This document shows positions 9,780 to 21,944 of a stretch of 64,000 bases of DNA, piece after piece. The stretch is from assembly GCA_902806235.1 (NCBI GenBank), contig CADCVW010000106.1, positions 43,102 to 107,101 of the forward strand, read 5' to 3'. Position 1 is the first letter of the stretch, and every line of letters begins with the position of its first letter. The DNA is from an uncultured Sphingomonadaceae bacterium (lineage in GTDB: Bacteria > Pseudomonadota > Alphaproteobacteria > Sphingomonadales > Sphingomonadaceae). Under the pieces are notes generated by a model. That model had not been told where the DNA came from, did no database searches, and worked only from the letters and a program-made list of their open reading frames with translations. The translations under genes were made by a program, and so were the position numbers.

Positions 9780-11701
9780 GCCCAGGCCAACCGCTCTGCC
9801 GACCGCCGCTCGCGCCGCCAGCGCCCGACGAGGGTCAGCGCGCCACCGAGCGCGACGAGCGCGCCGCCGAGCCAAATCAGCGTGACCCACGGCTTCCACC
9901 ACAGCCGCAGCTGCCAGCGCCCGTCCTCGGTCGGGCGGCCGAGCACCGTGTAGAGCTGGCCGTCGAGCCGGGTGGAGATCGCCGCCTCCGCGGTCTCGGT
10001 CGGCGGCGAGCTGAAGGCGCGCGATTGGGGCGCGAGGGCGAAGCCGCCGTCGCCGCGGGTCGCGCTCAGCCGCGCCTCGACCGCGGTCCAGTTCGGCCCG
10101 GCGATGGGGCGCACGCCGTCCAGCCGGACGCGGTACGGGCCGACGTCCGCCGCCTGCCCCGGCCGCAGCGCGACCAGCGTTTCGCTGGTGAACGCCGCGT
10201 CCGCCGCCGCACCGGCGAGCGCGACGGCGATGCCGAGGTGCGACACCACCATGCCCCAAGTGAACAAGGGCGTGCGGCGCAAGGAGCGGCCGAACAAGGG
10301 CGCGACGCTCGCCAAGCCGACGCCGGCGGCGAGCACCAGCCCGAGGAGCGGCAGCACGCCGATGTCGGGCCGCAGCAGCAGCACCGCCGCGAACGCCGCG
10401 ATCCCCAGCGCCGCGGGTAGCGCGATGCGCCGCGCCGCCGCGCGCAGCTCGTCGCGCCGCCAACGGAGCAGCGGCCCCGCCCCCATCAGCGCGATCATCA
10501 GCAAGGCCAATGGGCCCGCCGCCGCGTTGAAGTAGGGCGGGCCGACCGAGATCTTCTCGCCCGTCAGCCCTTCGAGCGCGAGCGGATATAGCGTGCCGAA
10601 CAGCACCACACCGAGGATGGTCGAGAGCAGCAGGTTATTCGCGACCAGCGCGCCCTCCCGGCTCACCGCCTCGAACTGCCGGCCCGCGCGCACCGTGCCG
10701 ATGCGCAAGCCGAAGAGCAGCAGGGCGCCGCCGATGTAGAGCAAGAGCAGTGCGAGGATGAACGTGCCCCGCGCCGGGTCGACGGCGAAGCTGTGCACGC
10801 TCGTCAGGATGCCCGAGCGGACGAGGAAGGTACCGACCATCGACATGGAGAAGGCGACCACCGCGAGCACGATAGTCCAGGCGCGCAGGCCGTCTCGGGC
10901 GGCGAGCACCGTTACCGAGTGGAGCAGCGCGGTGGCCGCGAGCCACGGCATCAGGCTCGCGTTCTCAACCGGATCCCAGAACCACCAACCGCCCCAGCCG
11001 AGCTCGTAATAAGCCCAATAGCTGCCCGCGACGATGCCGAGCGTGAGCATGGTCCAGGCGCCGAGCACCCAGGGCCGCATCGCGCGGGCGAAGACGGGGT
11101 TCACCTCCCGCGTGACGAGCGCGCCGACGGCGAAGGAGAAGGCGACCGAGATGCCGACGTAGCCGAGGTAGAGCGTCGGCGGGTGAAAAGCGAGGCCGGG
11201 GTCCTGCAGCAGCGGGTTCAGGCCTTGGCCGTCCGGCGGCGCTTGCGCCAAGCGCGCGAACGGGTTGGAGGCGAACAGCAGGAAGGCGTAGAAGCCGGCG
11301 GCGATCGCCCCCTGCGCGCCGAGCGTCGCCGCCAGCGTACGGTCGCTCAAGCGCCGCTCAAGCAGCGCCACCGCCGCGCCCGCGAGCGCCAGCACCGTAA
11401 CCCAGAGCAGCATGGAGCCTTCGTGGTTCCCCCACGCGCCCGACAGCTTGTAGAGCAACGGCTTGCTCGAGTGGCTGTTCGCCGCGACCAGCGCGACGGA
11501 CAGGTCCGTGCGCCAGAACAGCAGCAGCAGCGCGGCGAAGCTCAGGCCCGCCATCAGCCCCTGCACGCCCGCGACCGCGCGGACGCTGCGCAGGGCGACA
11601 GCCGGCCCCTCCGCGCGCGCGGCGGCGCTCGCCAGCAGCAGCTGAAGCAGGCCGAGCGCGGCGGCGAGCCACAGGGCGGCAAGGCCGAACTCGGCGATCA
11701 C
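9776..11701 (-). CDS. ccmF: cytochrome c heme lyase subunit CcmF
   Basis: Polytopic protein with the WGGWWFWDPVEN (WWD) motif. The GTG start at 11701 (VIAEFGLAAL...) overlaps the ccmE stop (GTGA). Confidence 0.93.
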   Translation of the reverse strand: MIAEFGLAALWLAAALGLLQLLLASAAARAEGPAVALRSVRAVAGVQGLMAGLSFAALLLLFWRTDLSVALVAANSHSSKPLLYKLSGAWGNHEGSMLLWVTVLALAGAAVALLERRLSDRTLAATLGAQGAIAAGFYAFLLFASNPFARLAQAPPDGQGLNPLLQDPGLAFHPPTLYLGYVGISVAFSFAVGALVTREVNPVFARAMRPWVLGAWTMLTLGIVAGSYWAYYELGWGGWWFWDPVENASLMPWLAATALLHSVTVLAARDGLRAWTIVLAVVAFSMSMVGTFLVRSGILTSVHSFAVDPARGTFILALLLLYIGGALLLFGLRIGTVRAGRQFEAVSREGALVANNLLLSTILGVVLFGTLYPLALEGLTGEKISVGPPYFNAAAGPLALLMIALMGAGPLLRWRRDELRAAARRIALPAALGIAAFAAVLLLRPDIGVLPLLGLVLAAGVGLASVAPLFGRSLRRTPLFTWGMVVSHLGIAVALAGAAADAAFTSETLVALRPGQAADVGPYRVRLDGVRPIAGPNWTAVEARLSATRGDGGFALAPQSRAFSSPPTETAEAAISTRLDGQLYTVLGRPTEDGRWQLRLWWKPWVTLIWLGGALVALGGALTLVGRWRRERRSAERLAWA

Positions 11702-12132
11702 CGCAGCGTCTCCGTGCGGTGCGCGGCCGCGACCTTGTCCGGCGGCTTGTAGTTCTCGTCGTGCTTGGCGAGCAGCTCGGCGGCGACGAAACGGCCGTCG
11801 GGCGCGAAGCTCCCTTCGGCGATCACGCCGCTCCCTTCGCGGAACAGGTCGGGCGGCACGCCGCGGAAGCTGACGGGCACGGTGCGCGGCGTGTCGTCGC
11901 CGACGACGAAGGACAGCGACACGCCGTCGGGCGCGCGAACGAGCGAGCCAGGCCGCACCATGCCGCCGATCCGCACCGCCTGGCCCGCGGGCACGCTGCG
12001 CGTCCGCAGGTCGCCCGGCGACAGGAACAGCGCCGCGCGGTCGCGCAGGCCCCACATGGCGAGAAGCGCCGCGATGAGCATCGCGCCCATGCCGAGTAGC
12101 ACGAGCGTCATTCGCTGGTTCTTCGCCCTCAT
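11698..12132 (-). CDS. ccmE: heme chaperone CcmE
   Basis: 144 aa with a TM anchor and the LAKHDENYKPP heme-binding His motif. Confidence 0.93.
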   Translation of the reverse strand: MRAKNQRMTLVLLGMGAMLIAALLAMWGLRDRAALFLSPGDLRTRSVPAGQAVRIGGMVRPGSLVRAPDGVSLSFVVGDDTPRTVPVSFRGVPPDLFREGSGVIAEGSFAPDGRFVAAELLAKHDENYKPPDKVAAAHRTETLR

Positions 12133-12257
12133 GGCCGGCGCAGCGCTTCGGCCCTGCCTTCGTCGCGGCGCATCGCGCGGAGGCTGGCGAGCGTCAGAAC
12201 TCCCGTCGCGCCGAGCGTGAGAACGTAGGCAGCAATGACGAACGGCCAGTGGTTCAC
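12129..12257 (-). CDS. ccmD: heme exporter protein CcmD
   Basis: 42-aa single-TM peptide VNHWPFVIAAYVLTLGATGVLTL... Its GTG start overlaps the ccmC stop (GTGA), and its stop overlaps the ccmE start (ATGA). Confidence 0.7.
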   Translation of the reverse strand: MNHWPFVIAAYVLTLGATGVLTLASLRAMRRDEGRAEALRRP

Positions 12258-12967
12258 GCCGCCGCCCTCCGCAGCCGCGCCGCGAAGCGCGCCTGCCCCA
12301 GGATCGCGCGCATCCGCATTAGCACGATCGCGGCGAACAGCAGGGTGAAGCCGATCGTTGAGCCCAGCAGCGGCCATGCGATCGACGCATCGATGGCGGA
12401 GCCCTCCGTCGTGAGGCTCGGCGGCTGGTGCAGCGTGTTCCACCAAATCACGGAGAAGTGGATCACCGGCAGGTTCACCGCGCCGACCAGCCCGAAGATG
12501 GCGCTCAGCTTCGCTTCCCCGCCGCGCTCGCGCTCGGCGGCGTTCAAGGCGAGGTAGCCGCAGTAGAGGAAGAACAAGAGCAGCATGGAGGTCAGCCGCC
12601 CATCCCATTCCCACCAGGTGCCCCAGGTCGGCCGCCCCCAGATCGCGCCGGTGGCTAGGGCCAGGGCCGTCATCACCGCGCCCGGCACGGCGATCGCGCG
12701 CGCCGCTATGCCCGCGAGGGTATGCCGCCATACGAGATGGGACGCGCTGGCCGCGGCGAGCGCCGCCCAGCCGCCCATGCCGAGCCAGGCGGTGGGCACG
12801 TGGACGTACATGATGCGGACGGTCTCACCTTGCAGATAGTCCCGCGGCGACAGGAACAGCCCGCCGAACAGCGACGCCCCGAGCAGCGCCGCCCCGCCCC
12901 AGCCGAGCCAAGGGGTGAGCGGGCGCGCGAAGGACAGAAAGCGTGCGGGGTTCGCGAGGGCGTGCAT
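12254..12967 (-). CDS. ccmC: heme exporter protein CcmC
   Basis: 237 aa, polytopic, with the WGTWWEWDGRLTS (WWD) motif. Confidence 0.93.
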   Translation of the reverse strand: MHALANPARFLSFARPLTPWLGWGGAALLGASLFGGLFLSPRDYLQGETVRIMYVHVPTAWLGMGGWAALAAASASHLVWRHTLAGIAARAIAVPGAVMTALALATGAIWGRPTWGTWWEWDGRLTSMLLLFFLYCGYLALNAAERERGGEAKLSAIFGLVGAVNLPVIHFSVIWWNTLHQPPSLTTEGSAIDASIAWPLLGSTIGFTLLFAAIVLMRMRAILGQARFAARLRRAAA

Positions 12968-13015
12968 TTGCGGGTGCTATCTAGGGCTCTGCAGGGTAGC
13001 GGCCAAGGCCGCGCG

Positions 13016-13945
13016 ATGACCCATGTTGCTCCCCTCCTTCGCCCCGCCGCTGCGGCGCACGCGCCGGCGCGGCCGATGCTCGGGCTGGCGCTGCGGCTCG
13101 GCTCCGTGCTCGCGTTCGGCTGCATGGGCGCGGGGGTAAAGCTGGCGAGCGAGGGCGGGGCGCACCCACTAGAAACGATATTCTACCGCTTCCTGTTCGG
13201 CTTCCTGCCCTTGGCCGCGTGGCTGGCCGCCGGCCCCGGCTGGGGCGCGGTGCGGACGCGCCGGCCGGGCGCGCACCTGTGGCGCGCGGCGGTCGGGCTC
13301 GCCGCGATGATTGCCAACTTCTCGGCGATCGCGCTGCTGCCGCTGGCGGAGGCGACCGCCTTCTCCTTCGCCGCCCCGCTCGCCGCGACGGCGATGGCCG
13401 CGCTGTTCCTGCGCGAACCGGTCGGCCGGCACCGCTGGGCGGCGGTGCTGGTCGGCTTCGCCGGGGTGCTGATCGTCACCCGGCCGGGCGGCGCGAGTGA
13501 CCTGCCGGCGCTGGGCGTCCTGTTCGGGCTGCTCACCCCGTTCGGCATCGCGGCGGCCAACGTCACCGTGCGCCACATCAGCCGGACGGAGCGGCCGGAG
13601 GCGACCGTGTTCTGGTTCGGAGCGACCGCCGCGCTGGCGACCGCGCTGGCGCTACCCTTCGTCGGCGAGCGGCACGACCTGGGCACCTGGGGCGCGTTGC
13701 TCGCTACGGGGCTGGCCGGCGGGGTGGGCCAGCTGTTTATGTCGGCTTCGCTGAAGGCCGCGCCGCTGTCGGTGGTGGGGCCAATTGATTATCTCGCGAT
13801 CGGCGTCGCCGCGTTGCTCGGCTGGGCGATCTGGGGCGACGTGCCCGCGCCGAGCACCTGGGCGGGCGCGGGCGTGGTGGTGGCGAGCGGGCTGTACGTG
13901 GTGCATCGGGAGCGGGTGCGGGCGAAGCAAGCGCTCGCGAGCTGA
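13016..13945 (+). CDS. EamA/DMT-family transporter
   Basis: About 10 TM segments with a duplicated EamA-like architecture. The start is taken at the first ATG after the ccmC divergent region (MTHVAP...). The upstream part of the track ORF overlaps ccmC antisense. Confidence 0.75.
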   Translation: MTHVAPLLRPAAAAHAPARPMLGLALRLGSVLAFGCMGAGVKLASEGGAHPLETIFYRFLFGFLPLAAWLAAGPGWGAVRTRRPGAHLWRAAVGLAAMIANFSAIALLPLAEATAFSFAAPLAATAMAALFLREPVGRHRWAAVLVGFAGVLIVTRPGGASDLPALGVLFGLLTPFGIAAANVTVRHISRTERPEATVFWFGATAALATALALPFVGERHDLGTWGALLATGLAGGVGQLFMSASLKAAPLSVVGPIDYLAIGVAALLGWAIWGDVPAPSTWAGAGVVVASGLYVVHRERVRAKQALAS

Positions 13946-13967
13946 GAACCCGCTGTTTAGCAGAACT

Positions 13968-14062
13968 CCGTTCGGGCTGAGCTTGTCGAAGCTCTCCCTT
14001 CCCGTTCCCCTTCCGGCGGCGGGCCGTCCAGGAAGGCGCTTCGACAAGCTTAGCGCAAACGG
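13968..14062. repeat. palindromic REP/MITE-like element, copy B
   Basis: Arms ccgttcgggctgagcttgtcgaagc and gcttcgacaagcttagcgcaaacgg (22/25 complementary). It shares the 22-mer caggaaggcgcttcgacaagct with copy C. Confidence 0.8.
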
Positions 14063-14083
14063 GTTGCTGAGAGCGAGCGGATC

Positions 14084-15133
14084 CTACCCCCGCCCGATTA
14101 GCTTTCGCGCCATGTCGTCGGCCACCGCCGCTGGGTCGCGGCCTTGCGCCGCGCTCGCCGCCCAGACTTCCTCAAGCCGCTCGGGGATGCGCCGGATGCG
14201 CACCTCCACCTCCGCGCGGCTGCCCTGCCCCAGGTACTCGAGCGCGACGTTGATGATGCCGCCCGCATTGATTACGTAATCAGGAGCGTAGAGGACGCCC
14301 CGCGCGGCGAGCCGCGCGCCGTCCTGCGCCGTCGCCAGCTGGTTGTTCGCCCCGCCCGCGACCACGGGCGCGCGGAGCGCGGCGATGCTCGCCTCGTTTA
14401 GGATCGCCCCCAGCGCGTTCGGGCTCACTACGTCAGCCTCGACGGCCAAGATCTCGTCCGTGCCCGCCACCTCGGCGCCGAGCTCGGCCGCGAACGCCTC
14501 CGCGCGCGCCTGCGAAGCGTCCGCGAGCACCAGCCGCGCGCCTTCCGCCGCCGCGCGCCGGGCGACGCCACCGCCGACGCTGCCGACGCCCTGGATCGCG
14601 AGCCGCACACCCGACAGGTCCTCGCGCCCGAGCGCGCGGCGTACTGCCGCCTTGATCCCCAGGAAGACGCCGAGCGCGGTGAACGGCCCCGGGTCGCCGC
14701 CCACGCCCTCGCCCGTCACGGGCAGGCCGGAAACGTGGCGCGTCCGCGTCGCGATCGCGCTCATGTCCGCGTCCGTCATGCCGACGTCCTCGGCCGTGAC
14801 GTAGCGACCGCTCAAGCGTTCGATCGCCGCGCCGAAGGCGTGCAGCAGCTTTTCGCTCTTCCCGCCGTCCGGCCCGGCCAGGATCACCGCCTTGCCGCCG
14901 CCCATCGGCAGCCCGGCCATGGCGTTTTTATAGCTCATGCCGCGGCTCAGGCGCAGCGCGTCGGTCAGCGCGTCCTCGTCCCGCGCGTAGCGCCAGAAGC
15001 GCGCGCCGCCCGCCGCGGGGCCGAGGTGGGTGGAGTGCACCGCGATGATCGCGCGCAGCCCGCTGGCGGCGTCGCTCGCGAGGTGGACGGCTTCGTGGTC
15101 GTCGAAATCGGGCAAGGCCCAGGGCAGCGTCAC
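14084..15133 (-). CDS. Glu/Leu/Phe/Val dehydrogenase family (leucine/valine dehydrogenase-like)
   Basis: LPMGGGKAVI catalytic-Lys motif and IQGVGSVGGGVA NAD motif. The track ORF N-terminus (to 15223) overlaps tRNA-His, so GTG at 15133 (VTLPWALPDFDDHE) is proposed as the start. Confidence 0.8.
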   Translation of the reverse strand: MTLPWALPDFDDHEAVHLASDAASGLRAIIAVHSTHLGPAAGGARFWRYARDEDALTDALRLSRGMSYKNAMAGLPMGGGKAVILAGPDGGKSEKLLHAFGAAIERLSGRYVTAEDVGMTDADMSAIATRTRHVSGLPVTGEGVGGDPGPFTALGVFLGIKAAVRRALGREDLSGVRLAIQGVGSVGGGVARRAAAEGARLVLADASQARAEAFAAELGAEVAGTDEILAVEADVVSPNALGAILNEASIAALRAPVVAGGANNQLATAQDGARLAARGVLYAPDYVINAGGIINVALEYLGQGSRAEVEVRIRRIPERLEEVWAASAAQGRDPAAVADDMARKLIGRG

Positions 15134-15178
15134 GCGCGGCGGCTCCGGCTTGGGGCGCGAGGATCGCGCGGTAGGAGG

Positions 15179-15256
15179 TGGGGCGACCGACGGGGCTTGA
15201 ACCCGCGACCTCTGGTACCACAAACCAGCGCTCTAACCAGCTGAGCTACGATCGCC
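15179..15256 (-). tRNA. tRNA-His (GUG)
   Basis: Hand fold: encoded G-1, acceptor GCGATCG/CGGTCGC, anticodon loop UUGUGGU, discriminator C73, encoded CCA. Confidence 0.9.
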
Positions 15257-15326
15257 GCAAGGAGCGCGCAGATAGGCGCGGCGGTCGGGGGCCGTCAAGG
15301 AAAGACCGGCTCGTCCATCGCTTACC

Positions 15327-15412
15327 CGCTCGGGCTGAGCCTGTCGAAGCCTATTCCTTCCCTTCAGCGACGGGCTGTTCAGGAAGGCGCTTCGACAAGC
15401 TCAGCGCGATCG
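15327..15412. repeat. palindromic REP/MITE-like element, copy C
   Basis: Arms cgctcgggctgagcctgtcgaagc and gcttcgacaagctcagcgcgatcg. It lies between tRNA-His and tRNA-Val, in the same orientation as copy B. Confidence 0.8.
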
Positions 15413-15438
15413 GTGATTTGGAATTAGGAAGTGGAGCG

Positions 15439-15513
15439 TGGTGGGCGCGGCAAGGATTGAACTTGCGACCCCTGCGGTGTGAACACAGTGCTCTACCACT
15501 GAGCTACGCGCCC
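15439..15513 (-). tRNA. tRNA-Val (CAC)
   Basis: Hand fold: acceptor GGGCGCG/CGCGCCC, anticodon loop UUCACAC, GGTTCAATCC-like T-arm, encoded CCA. Confidence 0.9.
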
Positions 15514-15578
15514 ACGCTCGACCGGGCTCCTAGTGCGGGGCGAACCGGCTGTCCACCCCGCTTTCGCGCGGCGGCGCG

Positions 15579-15854
15579 CTATCCGTTGCAGGCGTCCTTT
15601 AACCCCTTGCCCGCCTTGAACTTTGGCTGGACGGAGGCGCCGATCTCCAGCGGCTCGCCCGTGCGCGGGTTTCGGCCGGTGGACGCCTTGCGCTGGGAAG
15701 ACGCGAAGGTGCCGAAGCCCACCAGCCGCACCTCCTCGCCGCGCTTCATCGCGTCGGTGATGGCGTCGAACACGCCCTCGACCGCCTTCACCGCGTCGTT
15801 GCGGTTCAGGCCCGTGCGGTCGGCGACGGTGGTGATCAGCTCCTGCTTGTTCAT
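15579..15854 (-). CDS. hup: DNA-binding protein HU
   Basis: 91 aa: MNKQELITTVADRTGL...RNPRTGEPLEI...KFKAGKGLK. Confidence 0.95.
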   Translation of the reverse strand: MNKQELITTVADRTGLNRNDAVKAVEGVFDAITDAMKRGEEVRLVGFGTFASSQRKASTGRNPRTGEPLEIGASVQPKFKAGKGLKDACNG

Positions 15855-15925
15855 GGCGTTCCCCTGCTGGCCCGGGCTTGCCCCCGGCGAGCGCGCATAA
15901 AGGACGGGGAAGCGCCCGCTGTAAA

Positions 15926-15953
15926 GGCCGGGGCGCGATGCCGCGCCCCGGCC
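15926..15953 (-). terminator. hairpin downstream of lon (possible intrinsic terminator)
   Basis: Perfect 12-bp GC stem ggccggggcgcg / cgcgccccggcc with a 4-nt loop. On the minus strand it is followed only by TTTA, so the U-tract is weak. Confidence 0.4.
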
Positions 15954-15959
15954 CGTCCG

Positions 15960-18374
<2,415 letters not shown>

Positions 18375-18418
18375 CGGTGCTCCGGGGAATCGGCCAGGGT
18401 GGGCCGTGCTTAACCGGA

Positions 18419-18447
18419 ATATGGTGGTCGCCGGGGGGACTCGCAAT
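18419..18447 (-). promoter_or_regulatory. candidate sigma-32 (RpoH)-type promoter of lon
   Basis: The minus strand reads ATTGCGA-N14-CACCATAT, compared with the E. coli sigma-32 consensus CTTGAAA-N13-15-CCCCATNT. It lies 45 nt upstream of the lon ATG. This is a pattern match only. Confidence 0.3.
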
Positions 18448-18502
18448 CGGCGGAACCCGCCGCGCGCAGTGGAGCGTTGAGCGGCCGAAACCTCGCCCGG
18501 AG

Positions 18503-19030
18503 ATGCCCATGCGCCAAGAGAAGCTGCCGCCCGCCGAACTCAGCCGCGAGCTCCGCTTGGAGGAAAACGACGACCTGCGGCGCCGTCGGCGCGTCGTCGG
18601 CCTGTCCCTGCTCGGGGCCGCGATCGGTGGCGTGGTGACCGCCTACCAGACCGGCTTGATCAAGCGCCTGCCCGACATCCTGCCCGGCAAGTTCTGGAAC
18701 GCGGAGAAGGTGGACGCCTCCGACTACGCCTACAAGCGGCTGAATATGCCGGACGCGCCCTTGATGATCCTGACCTACGGCGCGACCGCCGCGCTCGCCG
18801 CCGCGGGCGGGCGCGACCGCGCGAACGACGACCCCGCGCTGCCGATCGCAATGGCAGCCAAGGCGGCGTTCGACTTCCTGACCTGCCTCAAGCTGGCGCG
18901 GGAGGAGTGGGAGGAGAACGAGGCACTGTGCAGCTGGTGCCAGTTGGCGACCGCTATCTCCGGCACGACGCTCGCGATCAGCCTGCCGGAGGCAGCGAAG
19001 GCGGCTGGGCTAGGCCGGGCGGTAGCCTAG
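18503..19030 (+). CDS. membrane protein, vitamin K epoxide reductase (VKOR)-like, tentative
   Basis: 175 aa with several TM segments and a CSWC (CxxC) motif at the start of the last helix. I do not see the second (loop) Cys pair expected for a canonical VKOR. Confidence 0.4.
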   Translation: MPMRQEKLPPAELSRELRLEENDDLRRRRRVVGLSLLGAAIGGVVTAYQTGLIKRLPDILPGKFWNAEKVDASDYAYKRLNMPDAPLMILTYGATAALAAAGGRDRANDDPALPIAMAAKAAFDFLTCLKLAREEWEENEALCSWCQLATAISGTTLAISLPEAAKAAGLGRAVA

Positions 19031-19794
19031 GCCACAACCTCCGGCGCGAGGGCGCCCGGCGCGAAGCGGACAGGGATGTCGGGAGCGTATGGATTGTTCG
19101 GCGCATCGAGCGCCAAACCGCGGGCCGCAGCAGTGGCCGGCTCGGCGCAAAGGTCCGCTCGCGCCATGCTCAACTCGATCACCAGTGGATCGCCGCTGCC
19201 GTCGACTCCGCCGAAGTTGTTCGCATGAACGTGCACGACGCGGAAGCCCGTCATGCTCGCAATGAAGGAGTCGATCCGCTCCCGATGGAGATCCACGTCG
19301 TGGAACTCGATCGCGACGCCGGTGAGCTGATCGGCCGCGGCGGCGATCTGGTCGAGGATACGGTACTCCGAACCTTCGATGTCGATCTTCAAGAAAATTG
19401 CCCGCTCGCTCTCCCCGCGCAGCACGGAAGCGAGCGAAACGCTGCCCGGGCCGTCGTGGCCGATCATGAGTTGGCGATGCTCGGCCCGGCGACCGTTGAA
19501 GAAGCGGCGGTAGGCGAGGTAGCGCAGGCCGCGCCACGGCCGGAGGCGGGTTACCGAATCGTAGGCGTAGCGCGCCCAGAAGCGAGAGGTGACGGTACCG
19601 TCAAAGCATAGCACGCGCGCGCCGCTGAGCCGCGCGAAGTCCGCCTCGAAATTCCAGTCCGCGTTGAGCCCCATGCTGATCAGCAAGCGAGAAGCATCGA
19701 CCGCGGCGCGCGATACGACGTAGCCGCCGTCGTGCCTGGACCCGAGCCGGACCATGATACCGGCCCCGCGCGGTTCCCAGTTCGACGGCAGCAT
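19027..19794 (-). CDS. FkbM-family methyltransferase
   Basis: 255 aa with the FLKIDIEGSEYRIL motif typical of the FkbM family. GGAG lies 5 nt upstream of the ATG. Confidence 0.65.
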   Translation of the reverse strand: MLPSNWEPRGAGIMVRLGSRHDGGYVVSRAAVDASRLLISMGLNADWNFEADFARLSGARVLCFDGTVTSRFWARYAYDSVTRLRPWRGLRYLAYRRFFNGRRAEHRQLMIGHDGPGSVSLASVLRGESERAIFLKIDIEGSEYRILDQIAAAADQLTGVAIEFHDVDLHRERIDSFIASMTGFRVVHVHANNFGGVDGSGDPLVIELSMARADLCAEPATAAARGLALDAPNNPYAPDIPVRFAPGALAPEVVA

Positions 19795-19979
19795 AATATC
19801 TCCTAAGCTAGAGCAAGCGTAGCGACGAGGCGGCGCGCGTCGCCGATGCCGCCGTGCTCCTGCATCCCGTTACCAATCCTCCGTTAGTTGCTCGGGCGTC
19901 CGCAGGGCAAGCATGTGCGCATCCGTCGGCTCGACGCTGCCGCGGACCGGGCGTCCACCGGCACGCCGCGCGTCGCACC

Positions 19980-20498
19980 TCAGCCCATCCCGAAGCCGAA
20001 CAGCAGCAGCGCCGGCAAGCTGTTCTGAAGCGCGTGGATCGCCGCGGTGACGAGGACGGCCGCACCGTAGCCACGCGGCCGCCACGCCAGGAACGCAGTG
20101 GAGAAGACCAGGAACATCCAGAACGCCGTCAGCCCCCAAGCCGGGGCCGTCAACCCGTGCAGCACGCTCCACAGCGCCGCGCTGCCGAGCACGGCGGGGC
20201 CGAAGCCGAAGGAGCGATGAAGGAGCAGCAGCGGGCCGCTCATCAGCACCGTCTCGGCCAGCGGTGCGAACAAAGCCACGAGCACGAAGCCGGCCGCGCC
20301 GCTCAGCGGGAACGTGACGGGGAAGCCCCCGCCGTCCGCCAGCGCGTACAAGGTTGCGGCGATCGCCACGACCGGCACGAAGGTCAGCAGCCACGCCCTG
20401 ACGATGTAGAGCGCCGGGCCGCGCGGCTCGAAAAGGAACGCTGGCAGCGGGAGGTAGGACGGTCTCCGCGCCGCGGCGGGCGAGGCGACCGCTTCCAC
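19980..20498 (-). CDS. CPBP-like (CAAX-type) intramembrane protease family protein, tentative
   Basis: 172 aa, polytopic. The C-terminal His motifs (VLHGL, IHALQN) resemble CPBP motifs, but the EExxxR motif is not clear. Confidence 0.45.
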   Translation of the reverse strand: MEAVASPAAARRPSYLPLPAFLFEPRGPALYIVRAWLLTFVPVVAIAATLYALADGGGFPVTFPLSGAAGFVLVALFAPLAETVLMSGPLLLLHRSFGFGPAVLGSAALWSVLHGLTAPAWGLTAFWMFLVFSTAFLAWRPRGYGAAVLVTAAIHALQNSLPALLLFGFGMG

Positions 20499-20504
20499 GT
20501 CCCT

Positions 20505-21764
<1,260 letters not shown>

Positions 21765-21944
21765 GAAGGTTCCCTGGGCGCGGGCGGCCCGTTGCAGGTC
21801 GTGACTCTAGACCCCGACGCTAGGCCGGAGCAATGGCCGAGGCATTAACGCCGGGCCGAACCGCTCCGTTGCGCGGGCGGATGGACGAAGCTGTGGACGA
21901 TCCTCCGCCCGCGCGGGGCGGGCGGAGCGGCGGCGCGCCGAGGC

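Noticed and set aside
21900-21928. A GC-rich hairpin (ctccgcccg...cgggcggag) between clpP and clpX as a terminator or attenuator.
   Set aside because: No U-tract follows on the transcribed strand. It may affect the clpP/clpX ratio, but the sequence alone does not support a call.
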